Of a stretch of 64,000 nucleotides of DNA, positions 1 through 8,792 are shown one piece after another (positions within the stretch are counted from its first letter, which is position 1; each line of letters opens with the position of its first letter). Origin of the DNA: Nitrososphaeria archaeon (GTDB lineage Archaea > Thermoproteota > Nitrososphaeria > Geothermarchaeales > JDFR-13); contig JALWXN010000004.1 in assembly GCA_027078545.1 (NCBI GenBank), positions 576,001 through 640,000 on the forward strand, written 5' to 3'. The translations under genes were made by a program, and so were the position numbers. Below the pieces are notes generated by a model. It ran no database searches. It saw only the letters and a program-made list of their open reading frames with translations, and was not told where the DNA came from.

Positions 1-44
1 AGGAGTAGGATGGTGAGGATGGCTATGGTCAATGCCTTCTTCAT
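1..44 (-). CDS. 5' end of a secreted/membrane protein running off the window (MKKALTIAILTILL...)
   Basis: ATG at 44-42 on the minus strand followed by a basic+hydrophobic signal-peptide-like stretch; rest lies outside the window. Confidence 0.55.
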   Translation of the reverse strand, partial: MKKALTIAILTILL

Positions 45-112
45 ACCTATCTAAGCCCTGTAGCTACGATTAGAATCAACCTTTTTGAACATTCCCTCGC
101 ATTCAAGTCTCT

Positions 113-172
113 GGGGGATGATGTTAAGAGGGTCACCTGATCATGGGATGACAATCTTACCCGTCTGACCCC
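113..172 (+). ncRNA. box C/D methylation guide sRNA (predicted 23S H69 target)
   Basis: GGGG/CCCC terminal stem; box C ATGATGT 118-124; D' CTGA 137-140; C' GGGATGA 145-151; D CTGA 165-168; 12-13 nt guides; TTAAGAGGGTCA is complementary to archaeal 23S UGACCCUCUUAA. Confidence 0.85.
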
Positions 173-173
173 T

Positions 174-587
174 CTACACCCCCCTGAGCCTCCTCCTCAG
201 CCATGCCGTGAACCTGGCTGTGTATAGATGGGCTATCCAGTGGTATAGGCCGAATAGTCCTCCGAGCAGGTGGAATACTAGCCATGTCGATAGGTATGTC
301 CCGACCAGGTCTAGGCCTCCCATCAGGTATATCCACTCACCGAGGATCCTTAGGAATGGGTAGCCAGCTCCCCATAGGGCCACGCTGACAAGTATGGGGT
401 GGCCCAGGTATCTACCTACTAGCCCGGACATCTCGGGTATCAGCGCTGCATAGAGTATCAATGGTGTGAAGACTGCTGTCGAGTATAGTGCTGATTCTAG
501 GGGGTCATCGGTAAAAAGGGATGAGAATAGTAGGAGTAGGTATGGTAGTGTGACGGCTAGTATGGAGCCTGTCCTGCTGTACCTCAC
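174..587 (-). CDS. hypothetical membrane protein (about 4 TM)
   Basis: hydrophobic ORF, co-directional 12 bp downstream of the Nramp-like gene. Confidence 0.7.
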   Translation of the reverse strand: MRYSRTGSILAVTLPYLLLLFSSLFTDDPLESALYSTAVFTPLILYAALIPEMSGLVGRYLGHPILVSVALWGAGYPFLRILGEWIYLMGGLDLVGTYLSTWLVFHLLGGLFGLYHWIAHLYTARFTAWLRRRLRGV

Positions 588-599
588 CCCTATGCACCG

Positions 600-2234
600 C
601 TATATTATCCCCAGCCTCTTGGCTATGAACCATGCCGCGACTAGCCAGAACGCTATGGCTATCAATATCTCTATGACGAGGTGTATAGGGTGCTGCCTAA
701 CCAGTCTCCCGGCGCCATGTATCCTGGGTAGTATGCTCCACGTCAGTATGATGAGCACGGTCATCAGGAAGGCCATCCCTATACCGTTGACGAGACCTGT
801 CAGTATTATGAGTCCGCCGGGGGACTTTAGGAATACCTGTGCTATCGCCATGAGTGTGAAGACTATCCAGACGCTGTAGTATATCCGCTGATACTCCCAG
901 CCCGTGGATACTGCGCGGTCGATTATCCATAGTATGGCTATGAGGTAGATGATAACGACTCCAACCGAGGTTAGGTATGTAGGTGTGGCTATCGCCTCCA
1001 GCGGTGTCCCCGTGGCTAGGTCCGCCGCTATGCTGAGTATCAGTACTGGGAGGGCGACTATCGCTATGAGCCTGGTGAATACTCCCCTGCTACCCCTTAG
1101 GACTGTGTATGAGAGGTCTGAGACGAACCTGCTGTATAGGTCGCCAGCCACTATGAAGACGTCGAAGAGGAAGAAGAAGCCTAGGAGTAGCATGGCTATC
1201 CTACCCGCCTCTCCCCATAGGCTGGCGAACCACTCTCCCTGTGTGAGGACGAGGTTGAAGTCCTTGGATATCTCTAGCCCCCTAGGCCTGAGTATGCTGA
1301 ACGTGAGTAGTGAGGTGATGATTATCGTGAAGGCGTTTAGGAGGACCCCTATCAGGTTGTCTGTCCATAGCCAGTTGATCCACCTCCTCCACTCCCTGGC
1401 GGCCTCATCATCCGGCTCGAAGTCGTAGCCCACCTCGGGTATAGGCTCGGCCCTACCCGTCAGTGGGCTGGTCACCCTTCCTACATGCCTCGCCTGGCCG
1501 AAGCCCTTCTCCCTTATCCAGTAGCTGTAGGCCAGGTTCCATACTCCCCCGGCGCCTGTATATGCTATGAGGGTTATCCATGTAGCCTCGTCGGCCGGGT
1601 CCCAGCCCTCGAAGGGTGGCCACTGGAACTGTGTGAAGCCCGCGAAGAACTCGGGTGCGTATTTAGCCACGTCCGGGCTTATCAGGGCCACGGCCAGCAT
1701 CCCTATTAGGGAGGCTAGGGCGGCGAAGCTCTCAACTACCTCTATAACCTTGTAGGCAACGGGGCCTAGGACTATGAGTAGGAAGCTGGCCAGGATAATT
1801 ATTACTGACCATAGCCTCTGGGCGCTGGGGGCGTCCCAGCCGGGTGGGAACCCGGTTATACCGTGTAGGGCGGAGGCCGAGGCCCCTGCGTAGCCCCCTA
1901 CCCAGCTGTAGACCATAACTATCATTATGAAGGCTATCCATCCCGCGGCTATGTTGACGCGGTATATCCCTGTTAGGATCCCCTCGCCAGTGGCGACTGT
2001 GTATCTCCCGATCTCCTGGTTGTACCAGTACTGTAGGAATGCGAATATGAATAGCCAGCCTAGGAATACGGCTCCATACTTAGCCACCATGTAGGGCCAC
2101 CATATCAGCTCCCCACTCCCCTGGCTTAGCCCCGCCCATATAAGGCCCGGCCCGAAGACGGCGGCTATACCTGGGAATGGTGGGAGCCTCTTCCTCCTAA
2201 ACCCTTCTCTTATGCCTTGGCTCACCGGGGACAC
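600..2234 (-). CDS. Nramp/APC-fold family transporter
   Basis: GPGLIWAG..GSGELIWWP and EIGRYTVATGE motifs, about 12-13 TM segments. Confidence 0.8.
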   Translation of the reverse strand: MSPVSQGIREGFRRKRLPPFPGIAAVFGPGLIWAGLSQGSGELIWWPYMVAKYGAVFLGWLFIFAFLQYWYNQEIGRYTVATGEGILTGIYRVNIAAGWIAFIMIVMVYSWVGGYAGASASALHGITGFPPGWDAPSAQRLWSVIIILASFLLIVLGPVAYKVIEVVESFAALASLIGMLAVALISPDVAKYAPEFFAGFTQFQWPPFEGWDPADEATWITLIAYTGAGGVWNLAYSYWIREKGFGQARHVGRVTSPLTGRAEPIPEVGYDFEPDDEAAREWRRWINWLWTDNLIGVLLNAFTIIITSLLTFSILRPRGLEISKDFNLVLTQGEWFASLWGEAGRIAMLLLGFFFLFDVFIVAGDLYSRFVSDLSYTVLRGSRGVFTRLIAIVALPVLILSIAADLATGTPLEAIATPTYLTSVGVVIIYLIAILWIIDRAVSTGWEYQRIYYSVWIVFTLMAIAQVFLKSPGGLIILTGLVNGIGMAFLMTVLIILTWSILPRIHGAGRLVRQHPIHLVIEILIAIAFWLVAAWFIAKRLGII

Positions 2235-2467
2235 CCCATACTAAACTATATGCATCCAATCACCCGGCTATGCTTAAACATCCCGATTCATATTTCGAAG
2301 TATCCTTAGCAGATTGCTTAAACAATAAATGTTTTCAGACCCCCTAACCATGATACCTGGGCATCGGGACACCCCGGCCGGGGGAGTGTGTGTCTTTATA
2401 TAGAGACCCGCCTGAAATCATTATAGCATAGCCTCGAGACACATACTCGGGGGAGGTATGTAGGTCT

Positions 2468-4681
2468 ATGCCGAGGTATAAGCAGACCCAGGAGATTCTC
2501 AAGCTGATCGGGAATAGGGAACAGGTTAGGAACATCGGTATCATAGCACATGTAGACCATGGTAAGACGACTCTCACGGATAGCCTCCTCGCGGCCTCCG
2601 GACTCTTGAGCCCCACGGTCGCGGGTGAGGCTAGGGCGCTCGACTATCTCGAGGAGGAGCAGAAGAGGGGTATCACGATCAAGACTGCGAATATAAGCCT
2701 GCTCCACGACTATGGTGGGAAGAGCTACGTGGTTAACCTCATCGACACCCCTGGCCATGTAGACTTCACTGGTAAGGTTACCCGTGCACTAAGGGCTATC
2801 GACGGGGCGGTGGTTGTTGTTGACGCTGTGGAGGAGATCATGGTCCAGACCGAGACCGTTACTAGGCAGGCCCTGGCTGAGAGGGTCAAGCCTATACTAT
2901 TCATAAACAAGGTTGATAGGCTGATCACAGAGCTTAGGCTGGGCCCGAAGGATATACAGAAGAAGCTGGCCAGGATCATAGATAGGTTCAACAGGCTGAT
3001 AGACATCTTCGCAGAGGAGGAGTATAAGAATAAGTGGAAGGTTAGGCCGGATCTCAACAACGTAGCCTTCGGCTCGGCCAAGGATAGGTGGGGCTTCACG
3101 TTGAAGCAGGCTATGGAGAAGGGGATGACATTCAACGATGTGCTCAAGTTCTATGAGGAGGGTAGGCTCGAGGAGCTCAAGGAGCTCTTCCCAGTCCATA
3201 AAGCTGTCCTGGACATGGTTATTGAGCATATTCCCAACCCGATGGAGGCCCAGAAGTATAGGCTGCCCAAGATATGGAAGGGAGACCTGAACAGTGAGGT
3301 CGGCCAGGCAATGCTGAACTGTGACATCGACGGGCCAGTAGCATTCATGGTTACCAATGTGATGGTTGATGAGAGGGCTGGCCTCGTAGCTACTGGTAGG
3401 CTCCTCTCAGGCACTCTGAAGCCGGGTATGGAGGTATACCTGATCAACAAGGGGACTAAGGACAGGATCCTACAGGTCGGGATGTATATGGGGCCGTATA
3501 GGGAGGTCGTCGACTATATGGTGGCTGGTAACATTCCCGCCGTCCTGGGCCTCGATGGCGTCACTGCTGGTGAGACAGTCTCTACCCTGCCAGACATGGT
3601 TCCCTTCGAGAGCATCAAGTATATCTCGGAGCCCGTAGTGACCATAGCCATCGAGCCTAAGAATACCCGTGACCTCCCCAAGCTTATCAACGCCCTTAGG
3701 AAGCTGGCTATCGAGGATCCGAACCTAAAGGTCTCGATCAATGAGGAGACGGGTGAGTACCTCATCTCTGGTATGGGTACCCTACACCTAGAGGTTAGTA
3801 TCCACTTCCTCCAGGACATGGGTATAGAGGTCGTCACCTCCCCACCGATAGTCGTCTATAGGGAGACCATCACGAAGAAGAGCCCACTATTCCCGGGCAA
3901 GTCTCCCAACAAGCATAACAAGGTTAAGCTTTACCTGGAGAAGCTGCCCGAGGAGCTTATCAACCTGATCAGCAGCGGTGAGATCACTGATAGGACCCCT
4001 AGGAAGGATCTGCAGAAGATCCTGATGGAGTATGGCTGGAGTGCTGAGGAGGCCCGTAGGGTGTGGGCCATCGATAATGAGCGTGGAAACATACTGGTGG
4101 ATATGACGAAGGGTGTCCAGTATCTCCAGGAGAGTAAGCAGATGATCATAAGCGCCTTCTTCGACTTCGTCAAGGAGGGTGCCCTGGCTAGGGAGCCGGT
4201 CAGGGGTATAAAGGCTGTGCTGGTCGACGCGGAGTTCCACGAGGATCCGGCCCACAGGACACTGGCACAGGTAGTCCCCATGGTGCATAGGGCTCTCCTA
4301 GGGGGTGAGCTGGCCGCGGAGCCGAGTCTATATGAGCCCATAATGAAGATACAGGTGCAGGTCCCGGCGGAGTTTATCGGTGCGGTGACCTCGGTTCTCG
4401 CTGGTAAGCGTGGCCAGGTGACTAACATCGACCAGAGGGAGTACTACGCAGTGGTTAATGGATACATACCTGTCTCGGAGACCTTCGACCTGGCCCAGGT
4501 GCTTAGGGGCGCTACCCAGGGTAGGGCGTTCTGGCAGACCCAGTTCAGCCACTGGCAGCTGGTGCCCAAGGCTATGCTTAAGCAGCTAGTAGCGGAGATC
4601 AGGAAGAGGAAGGGACTGCCCGAGAATCCGCCTAGCTACGAGGAGTTCATACCTCCGGGGGAGACGATCGAGATTATATAG
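2468..4681 (+). CDS. fusA: archaeal translation elongation factor 2 (HRT variant of the diphthamide loop)
   Basis: AHVDHGKTT, RGITI, DTPGHVDF, NKVD, GMGTLHL, KSPNKHN; 737 aa. Confidence 0.97.
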   Translation: MPRYKQTQEILKLIGNREQVRNIGIIAHVDHGKTTLTDSLLAASGLLSPTVAGEARALDYLEEEQKRGITIKTANISLLHDYGGKSYVVNLIDTPGHVDFTGKVTRALRAIDGAVVVVDAVEEIMVQTETVTRQALAERVKPILFINKVDRLITELRLGPKDIQKKLARIIDRFNRLIDIFAEEEYKNKWKVRPDLNNVAFGSAKDRWGFTLKQAMEKGMTFNDVLKFYEEGRLEELKELFPVHKAVLDMVIEHIPNPMEAQKYRLPKIWKGDLNSEVGQAMLNCDIDGPVAFMVTNVMVDERAGLVATGRLLSGTLKPGMEVYLINKGTKDRILQVGMYMGPYREVVDYMVAGNIPAVLGLDGVTAGETVSTLPDMVPFESIKYISEPVVTIAIEPKNTRDLPKLINALRKLAIEDPNLKVSINEETGEYLISGMGTLHLEVSIHFLQDMGIEVVTSPPIVVYRETITKKSPLFPGKSPNKHNKVKLYLEKLPEELINLISSGEITDRTPRKDLQKILMEYGWSAEEARRVWAIDNERGNILVDMTKGVQYLQESKQMIISAFFDFVKEGALAREPVRGIKAVLVDAEFHEDPAHRTLAQVVPMVHRALLGGELAAEPSLYEPIMKIQVQVPAEFIGAVTSVLAGKRGQVTNIDQREYYAVVNGYIPVSETFDLAQVLRGATQGRAFWQTQFSHWQLVPKAMLKQLVAEIRKRKGLPENPPSYEEFIPPGETIEII

Positions 4682-4823
4682 CTCCCCCTACACCAACATA
4701 TTTTATCTCCTATCCTCCCAACACACTAAGGAGTTATGGATTCTATCCCCGGATAGAACTATTTTAGATGGGAAAAGGGGTTTGGGTAACCGGTAACCGG
4801 TTAGGTGGGAGCGGTTAGACCGT

Positions 4824-5804
4824 CTATGTGGCCTGGGCCTTGGCCTCTTCCTCCTTGATGTACTGGTCCACCAGCCTCTTAAGCTCGTCTACAGTCTTGA
4901 CGCCGAAGTCCTGTAGTAGGCTCTTACACCTGTTCCTCACCGTGACCTCGGTTATGTCTGCTGCGTTGGCTATGTCGCGCTGGGTCACCTTCTGACCGTT
5001 TATCAGGGCTGCGTAGTAGACAGCAGCCGCCGCTAGGCCTACCGGGTCCTTACCAGCGGTGATCTTCATCTTCTTAGCCAGCTTGATGATCTTCTCTGCA
5101 TAGACGGTTACCTGCTGTGGATACCCTGCCTCTAGGGCTATGGCGTGTACATATGCTATTGGGTCTATCACTGGGGGCTTGATGTTCAGTGTCTTGATGA
5201 GTAGGCGGTAGCACCTCCCAAGCTCCTTCTTATCTATGTTGGCCACCTTTGCCATCTGCTTCTGTGTCCTGGGTGTACCCATCTCCCTGAGGGCGAGGTA
5301 TAGACTGGCAGCCACTATACTATTGATTGCACGGCCCCTCACAAGGTCCTTCGCCAGCGCCTGCCTATAGATCTCAGCAGCCCTCTCAAGCACCTGCTTA
5401 GGGACGAAGAGCTTCTCACCCAGCTTCTGCAGCGTGTTTAGGGCGTTCTGTAGATTCCTATCATGGCTGGAGACTGAGGATGTACGGCTGATCCATGTCT
5501 TAACCCTCTGTAGGTCCCTCCTACGGGACTCGGACATCTTACCCTTCTCAAACCCTCCATATCCATATGTACCCAGCACCGATCCTAGGCCCCTATCAGC
5601 CATGAGGGCCGTCTGTGGAGGACCGGCCCTAGACCTATCAACCTCGTCACCCTCGAAGCTCCTCCACTCGGGGCCGAAGTCTACATTAGACACCTTAGCC
5701 ACGTATCCACATACCCTACATACAACCTCTCCAGTCGTCTTCTGGAAGACGAACTTGTCGCTCCCACAGAATGGACACTTCTCGACTCCAAATAGTCCTC
5801 CCAT
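4824..5804 (-). CDS. tfb: transcription initiation factor B
   Basis: Zn ribbon CPFC/CRVC, GPEWRSF B-reader, two cyclin repeats (RGR..., GKDP, TEVTVRNR). Confidence 0.97.
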   Translation of the reverse strand: MGGLFGVEKCPFCGSDKFVFQKTTGEVVCRVCGYVAKVSNVDFGPEWRSFEGDEVDRSRAGPPQTALMADRGLGSVLGTYGYGGFEKGKMSESRRRDLQRVKTWISRTSSVSSHDRNLQNALNTLQKLGEKLFVPKQVLERAAEIYRQALAKDLVRGRAINSIVAASLYLALREMGTPRTQKQMAKVANIDKKELGRCYRLLIKTLNIKPPVIDPIAYVHAIALEAGYPQQVTVYAEKIIKLAKKMKITAGKDPVGLAAAAVYYAALINGQKVTQRDIANAADITEVTVRNRCKSLLQDFGVKTVDELKRLVDQYIKEEEAKAQAT

Positions 5805-5947
5805 GATCTCCCCATAAAATATATAAGTGGGATGGTTTAAGCGGATAGCTTAAATATATGTCGTAAATATATATAATATATACTAAGGACAGGAAGACCA
5901 CGATAATGTATATAGCGCGGAATATCTGTTTAGGGTGGGGCGGTGAG

Positions 5948-6763
5948 ATGGGTATCGGGACATGTCGTCACCTCTACATACTATTATCGGTCTTGATACT
6001 CATCTCTCCCCAGCATGTCTATGGGGTGAATCCCCAGCTATTCTATAAGAACATCCTCTTAGTCGATGTGGATCCAGGCTTTGAGGAGCTGCTTAGTGGG
6101 GCCATGCTCATCGAGACCAATGTGAAGAGCCTATCTGGTGGTCTGGATAGGCAGATGCTGATGGGTGTAGACGTTCTGATCCTGGGTAGTGGGGACGATG
6201 TTGATCCTGACCTCTTGATAGAGTGGTTCAACACTGGTGGTAAGGGATTAGTCATACTTGGCGCTAGTGGGATGGATCGGGTTCTGAGGGCGTTAGGGAG
6301 CTCCCTACGTGTCTATGCCTCTGGCCCGGAATGGGAGACCCTCGTATTTAGCCCGCCCGATGTACCTGACTATGAGTTTGACTCGGTTGTTGGCCACGTG
6401 TTCAACGTCTCTAGGCGGATGGAGATATCTATCCTTGATATTGGTAGGGAGGTGTATACCCTGGAATACTCCTCTGGCGGGACAGCCGTGGCGGTCGAGT
6501 ATATCCCTGTCTATAGCGACATATTCACATGGTATTACAGCAAGATCATGGCTCTGGGCTTCGGATCGGTTGGGCCTGGTCCGGCCGAGGATCTCTATCT
6601 CGAGCTCCTGAGCTGGCTGGTCTCAGTCCATCTACAGCCTAATCCTATCAGCCTAGGCCTAACCGTCTTCATAGGCGTCCTTATGGCGGCTGTCTACATC
6701 GGGATATACTGGGCCGGGCGTGGTAGATTTAAACAGGTGTTTAAAGACGGTTTATCCAGATAG
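5948..6763 (+). CDS. secreted, C-terminally anchored GIFT/GldG-like domain protein
   Basis: signal peptide, DVLILG...WFNTGGK motif shared with 8793-9986, C-terminal TM plus basic tail; start moved to ATG 5948 after GGTGA. Confidence 0.65.
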   Translation: MGIGTCRHLYILLSVLILISPQHVYGVNPQLFYKNILLVDVDPGFEELLSGAMLIETNVKSLSGGLDRQMLMGVDVLILGSGDDVDPDLLIEWFNTGGKGLVILGASGMDRVLRALGSSLRVYASGPEWETLVFSPPDVPDYEFDSVVGHVFNVSRRMEISILDIGREVYTLEYSSGGTAVAVEYIPVYSDIFTWYYSKIMALGFGSVGPGPAEDLYLELLSWLVSVHLQPNPISLGLTVFIGVLMAAVYIGIYWAGRGRFKQVFKDGLSR

Positions 6764-6777
6764 CCCTGGATTTAATA

Positions 6778-8709
6778 GTGGTGGTCATCTTGCATAGGAG
6801 CCTATGGATAACCCTCCTCCTAGCAGTATTGTTCCTATCCCCAGTCCTACCAGTGGCTGGTCAGGAGTCGGTCATGGCTAGTGAGACCTATATCCCCTTC
6901 GTCCCCTACCGCGGAGTCCCCCAGAGCCAGATCCTCTATCCCCGTCTCATGACGCCTGTCTATATCCAGCCAGGCATGGAGATAGAGATATATACCCTCC
7001 TACCCGACGTGTCCGAGGTCTGGCTAGTCGACAACGTATATGGCACTATGATCCAGCTCGAGATCATTGATGGCCCTATACAGATCGTTGAGGACAGGTC
7101 TGAGTCGGCGGTGGAGACTTATTACCGCTACACTGTTGGTGGGCTTGGTGAGGACGCCCCGCCAAGTATCTATAACCTGGTTCTAAAGACTGGTGCTGGG
7201 GAGTCCTATGAGGAGATAAACGCCGTATTCATCCCCAATGAGATGCAGCTAGACCCCGTCATCAAGGTGGCTCATATCTCAGACGTCCACATCGGTGGCT
7301 ACGGTGGGCAGTACAAGTATGCCTACATGTATTTCGATAGGGCTCTCTACACGATCCAGGCGATGGGTGCTGACGTCATTGTGAATACGGGTGACTTCTT
7401 GGAGCAGCAGAAGAAGAGGGGGCTTGAACATATATACAATATGTTTGACCATCTAACGATCCCCGTAGTCAGTGCTATGGGAAATACGGACAATGTCTTT
7501 AACAATAGGGGGGACTACTACTGGGAGCGTGTGATGGGGCCAGACTTCGGTGTGGCGGTTCTACCAAATATGATCATTATACCGCTCAACTTTGAGACTG
7601 GAGATATATCTGTGGACTATGTCTATGAATGGCTAGCTAAGACTGTAGAGCACTACAGGAATCTAGGCTTTAGGTTTGTTGGGATTATGGGGCACTACCC
7701 ACACTGGGACATGTCAGTAGTCTCTCAGAGGTTAGTCGACAACTTTAGAGAGATAAATGAGCAGTACGGTATAGATATCGCATTTCACGGCCATGTACAC
7801 AGAGTTGAGAACGTACTTGTCAATACAACCGGGATATTCGCTGTCTCAAGCACCTCCACTGCATATGGAAAAGTGTTCAACGGCTTTAGATGGGTGGAGC
7901 TAAACGTTGAGACTGGGGAGATCAATGCAGACAAGAGTAACGTCGTGAATCTTGACGAGACCTATGTAGAGTATACATGGTTCAACGACTTCAAGAAGAG
8001 GGGGATGTCGGTAGAGATCAGGAATGGTGGTGGGGACGAGCTCATCCTCAGGCTACCGATAAACATCATGTATGCAGGTGAGCCCAGCATAACTACATCA
8101 GAGAGTGTCGAGGCCAGTCTTATAAGTAGCAAGACCGTCTCGATCGATGGTGGCGAGGGCCTAGCCCTGACGATAGAGGCTAGGATCGGGCCGGGAAGCG
8201 AGGGTGTATTGACCGTGGTCAGTGGCTCTGATGAGGAGCCACCAGTGGTCGTAGGGGAGCCCAAGCTGATAGGCTTCAAGCAGTACAACATCATAAACTT
8301 CAACGTGGATGACGACGCCTCGGGAGTGGCATCCATAGTTGTCCAGTACAAGACTGATGGGGAGTGGATCGATGCGGAGTGGGTTGAGAAGGATTCATGG
8401 CTATACCCAGCCGTACCTAGGGATCTTGAGAGCTTCACAGTGAAGATAATCCTTACTGACTACCTCGGAAACAGCGCTGAATACATATTCCAGTTCGGCG
8501 AGGAGCAGCCCAGTGAGGAGCCCGCCGATGAGACACCAGATACCGGTGCGGAGCAGCCTGAGGAACCGGCTACAGAGCAGCCTACAGAGACACCTCCCGA
8601 GGAGCCTGCGGAGGAGCCCAGCGAGGCGATGGATCTAACCCTCATGGTCATCATAGCAGCCCTCCTCGTCGCGGCTGTAGCCATATTCCTCCTCCTGAGG
8701 AGGCGTTAG
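6778..8709 (+). CDS. surface-anchored calcineurin-like metallophosphoesterase
   Basis: signal peptide; SDVH, GDFLE, GNTD, GH, HGHVH motifs; Pro/Glu linker, C-terminal TM and RRR. Confidence 0.85.
   Translation: MVVILHRSLWITLLLAVLFLSPVLPVAGQESVMASETYIPFVPYRGVPQSQILYPRLMTPVYIQPGMEIEIYTLLPDVSEVWLVDNVYGTMIQLEIIDGPIQIVEDRSESAVETYYRYTVGGLGEDAPPSIYNLVLKTGAGESYEEINAVFIPNEMQLDPVIKVAHISDVHIGGYGGQYKYAYMYFDRALYTIQAMGADVIVNTGDFLEQQKKRGLEHIYNMFDHLTIPVVSAMGNTDNVFNNRGDYYWERVMGPDFGVAVLPNMIIIPLNFETGDISVDYVYEWLAKTVEHYRNLGFRFVGIMGHYPHWDMSVVSQRLVDNFREINEQYGIDIAFHGHVHRVENVLVNTTGIFAVSSTSTAYGKVFNGFRWVELNVETGEINADKSNVVNLDETYVEYTWFNDFKKRGMSVEIRNGGGDELILRLPINIMYAGEPSITTSESVEASLISSKTVSIDGGEGLALTIEARIGPGSEGVLTVVSGSDEEPPVVVGEPKLIGFKQYNIINFNVDDDASGVASIVVQYKTDGEWIDAEWVEKDSWLYPAVPRDLESFTVKIILTDYLGNSAEYIFQFGEEQPSEEPADETPDTGAEQPEEPATEQPTETPPEEPAEEPSEAMDLTLMVIIAALLVAAVAIFLLLRRR
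8499..8627 (+). repeat. low-complexity Glu/Pro/Thr linker (EEP/EQP repeats)
   Basis: EEQPSEEPADETPDTGAEQPEEPATEQPTETPPEEPAEEPSE; a similar linker lies at about 9772-9900. Confidence 0.7.
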
Positions 8710-8792
8710 GCCTCCTCAACCACGACTTCTTTTTACACGTATGTGTATAGTCGATTTATTACACATCCTCAAAATTGATGTAGTGATGTGAT

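Noticed and set aside
4741-4803. Hairpin TTCTATCC-CC-GGATAGAA and tandem GGTAACC repeats between fusA and tfb
   Set aside because: Short, in a convergent terminator zone, with no sRNA boxes; cannot support more than possible termination signals.
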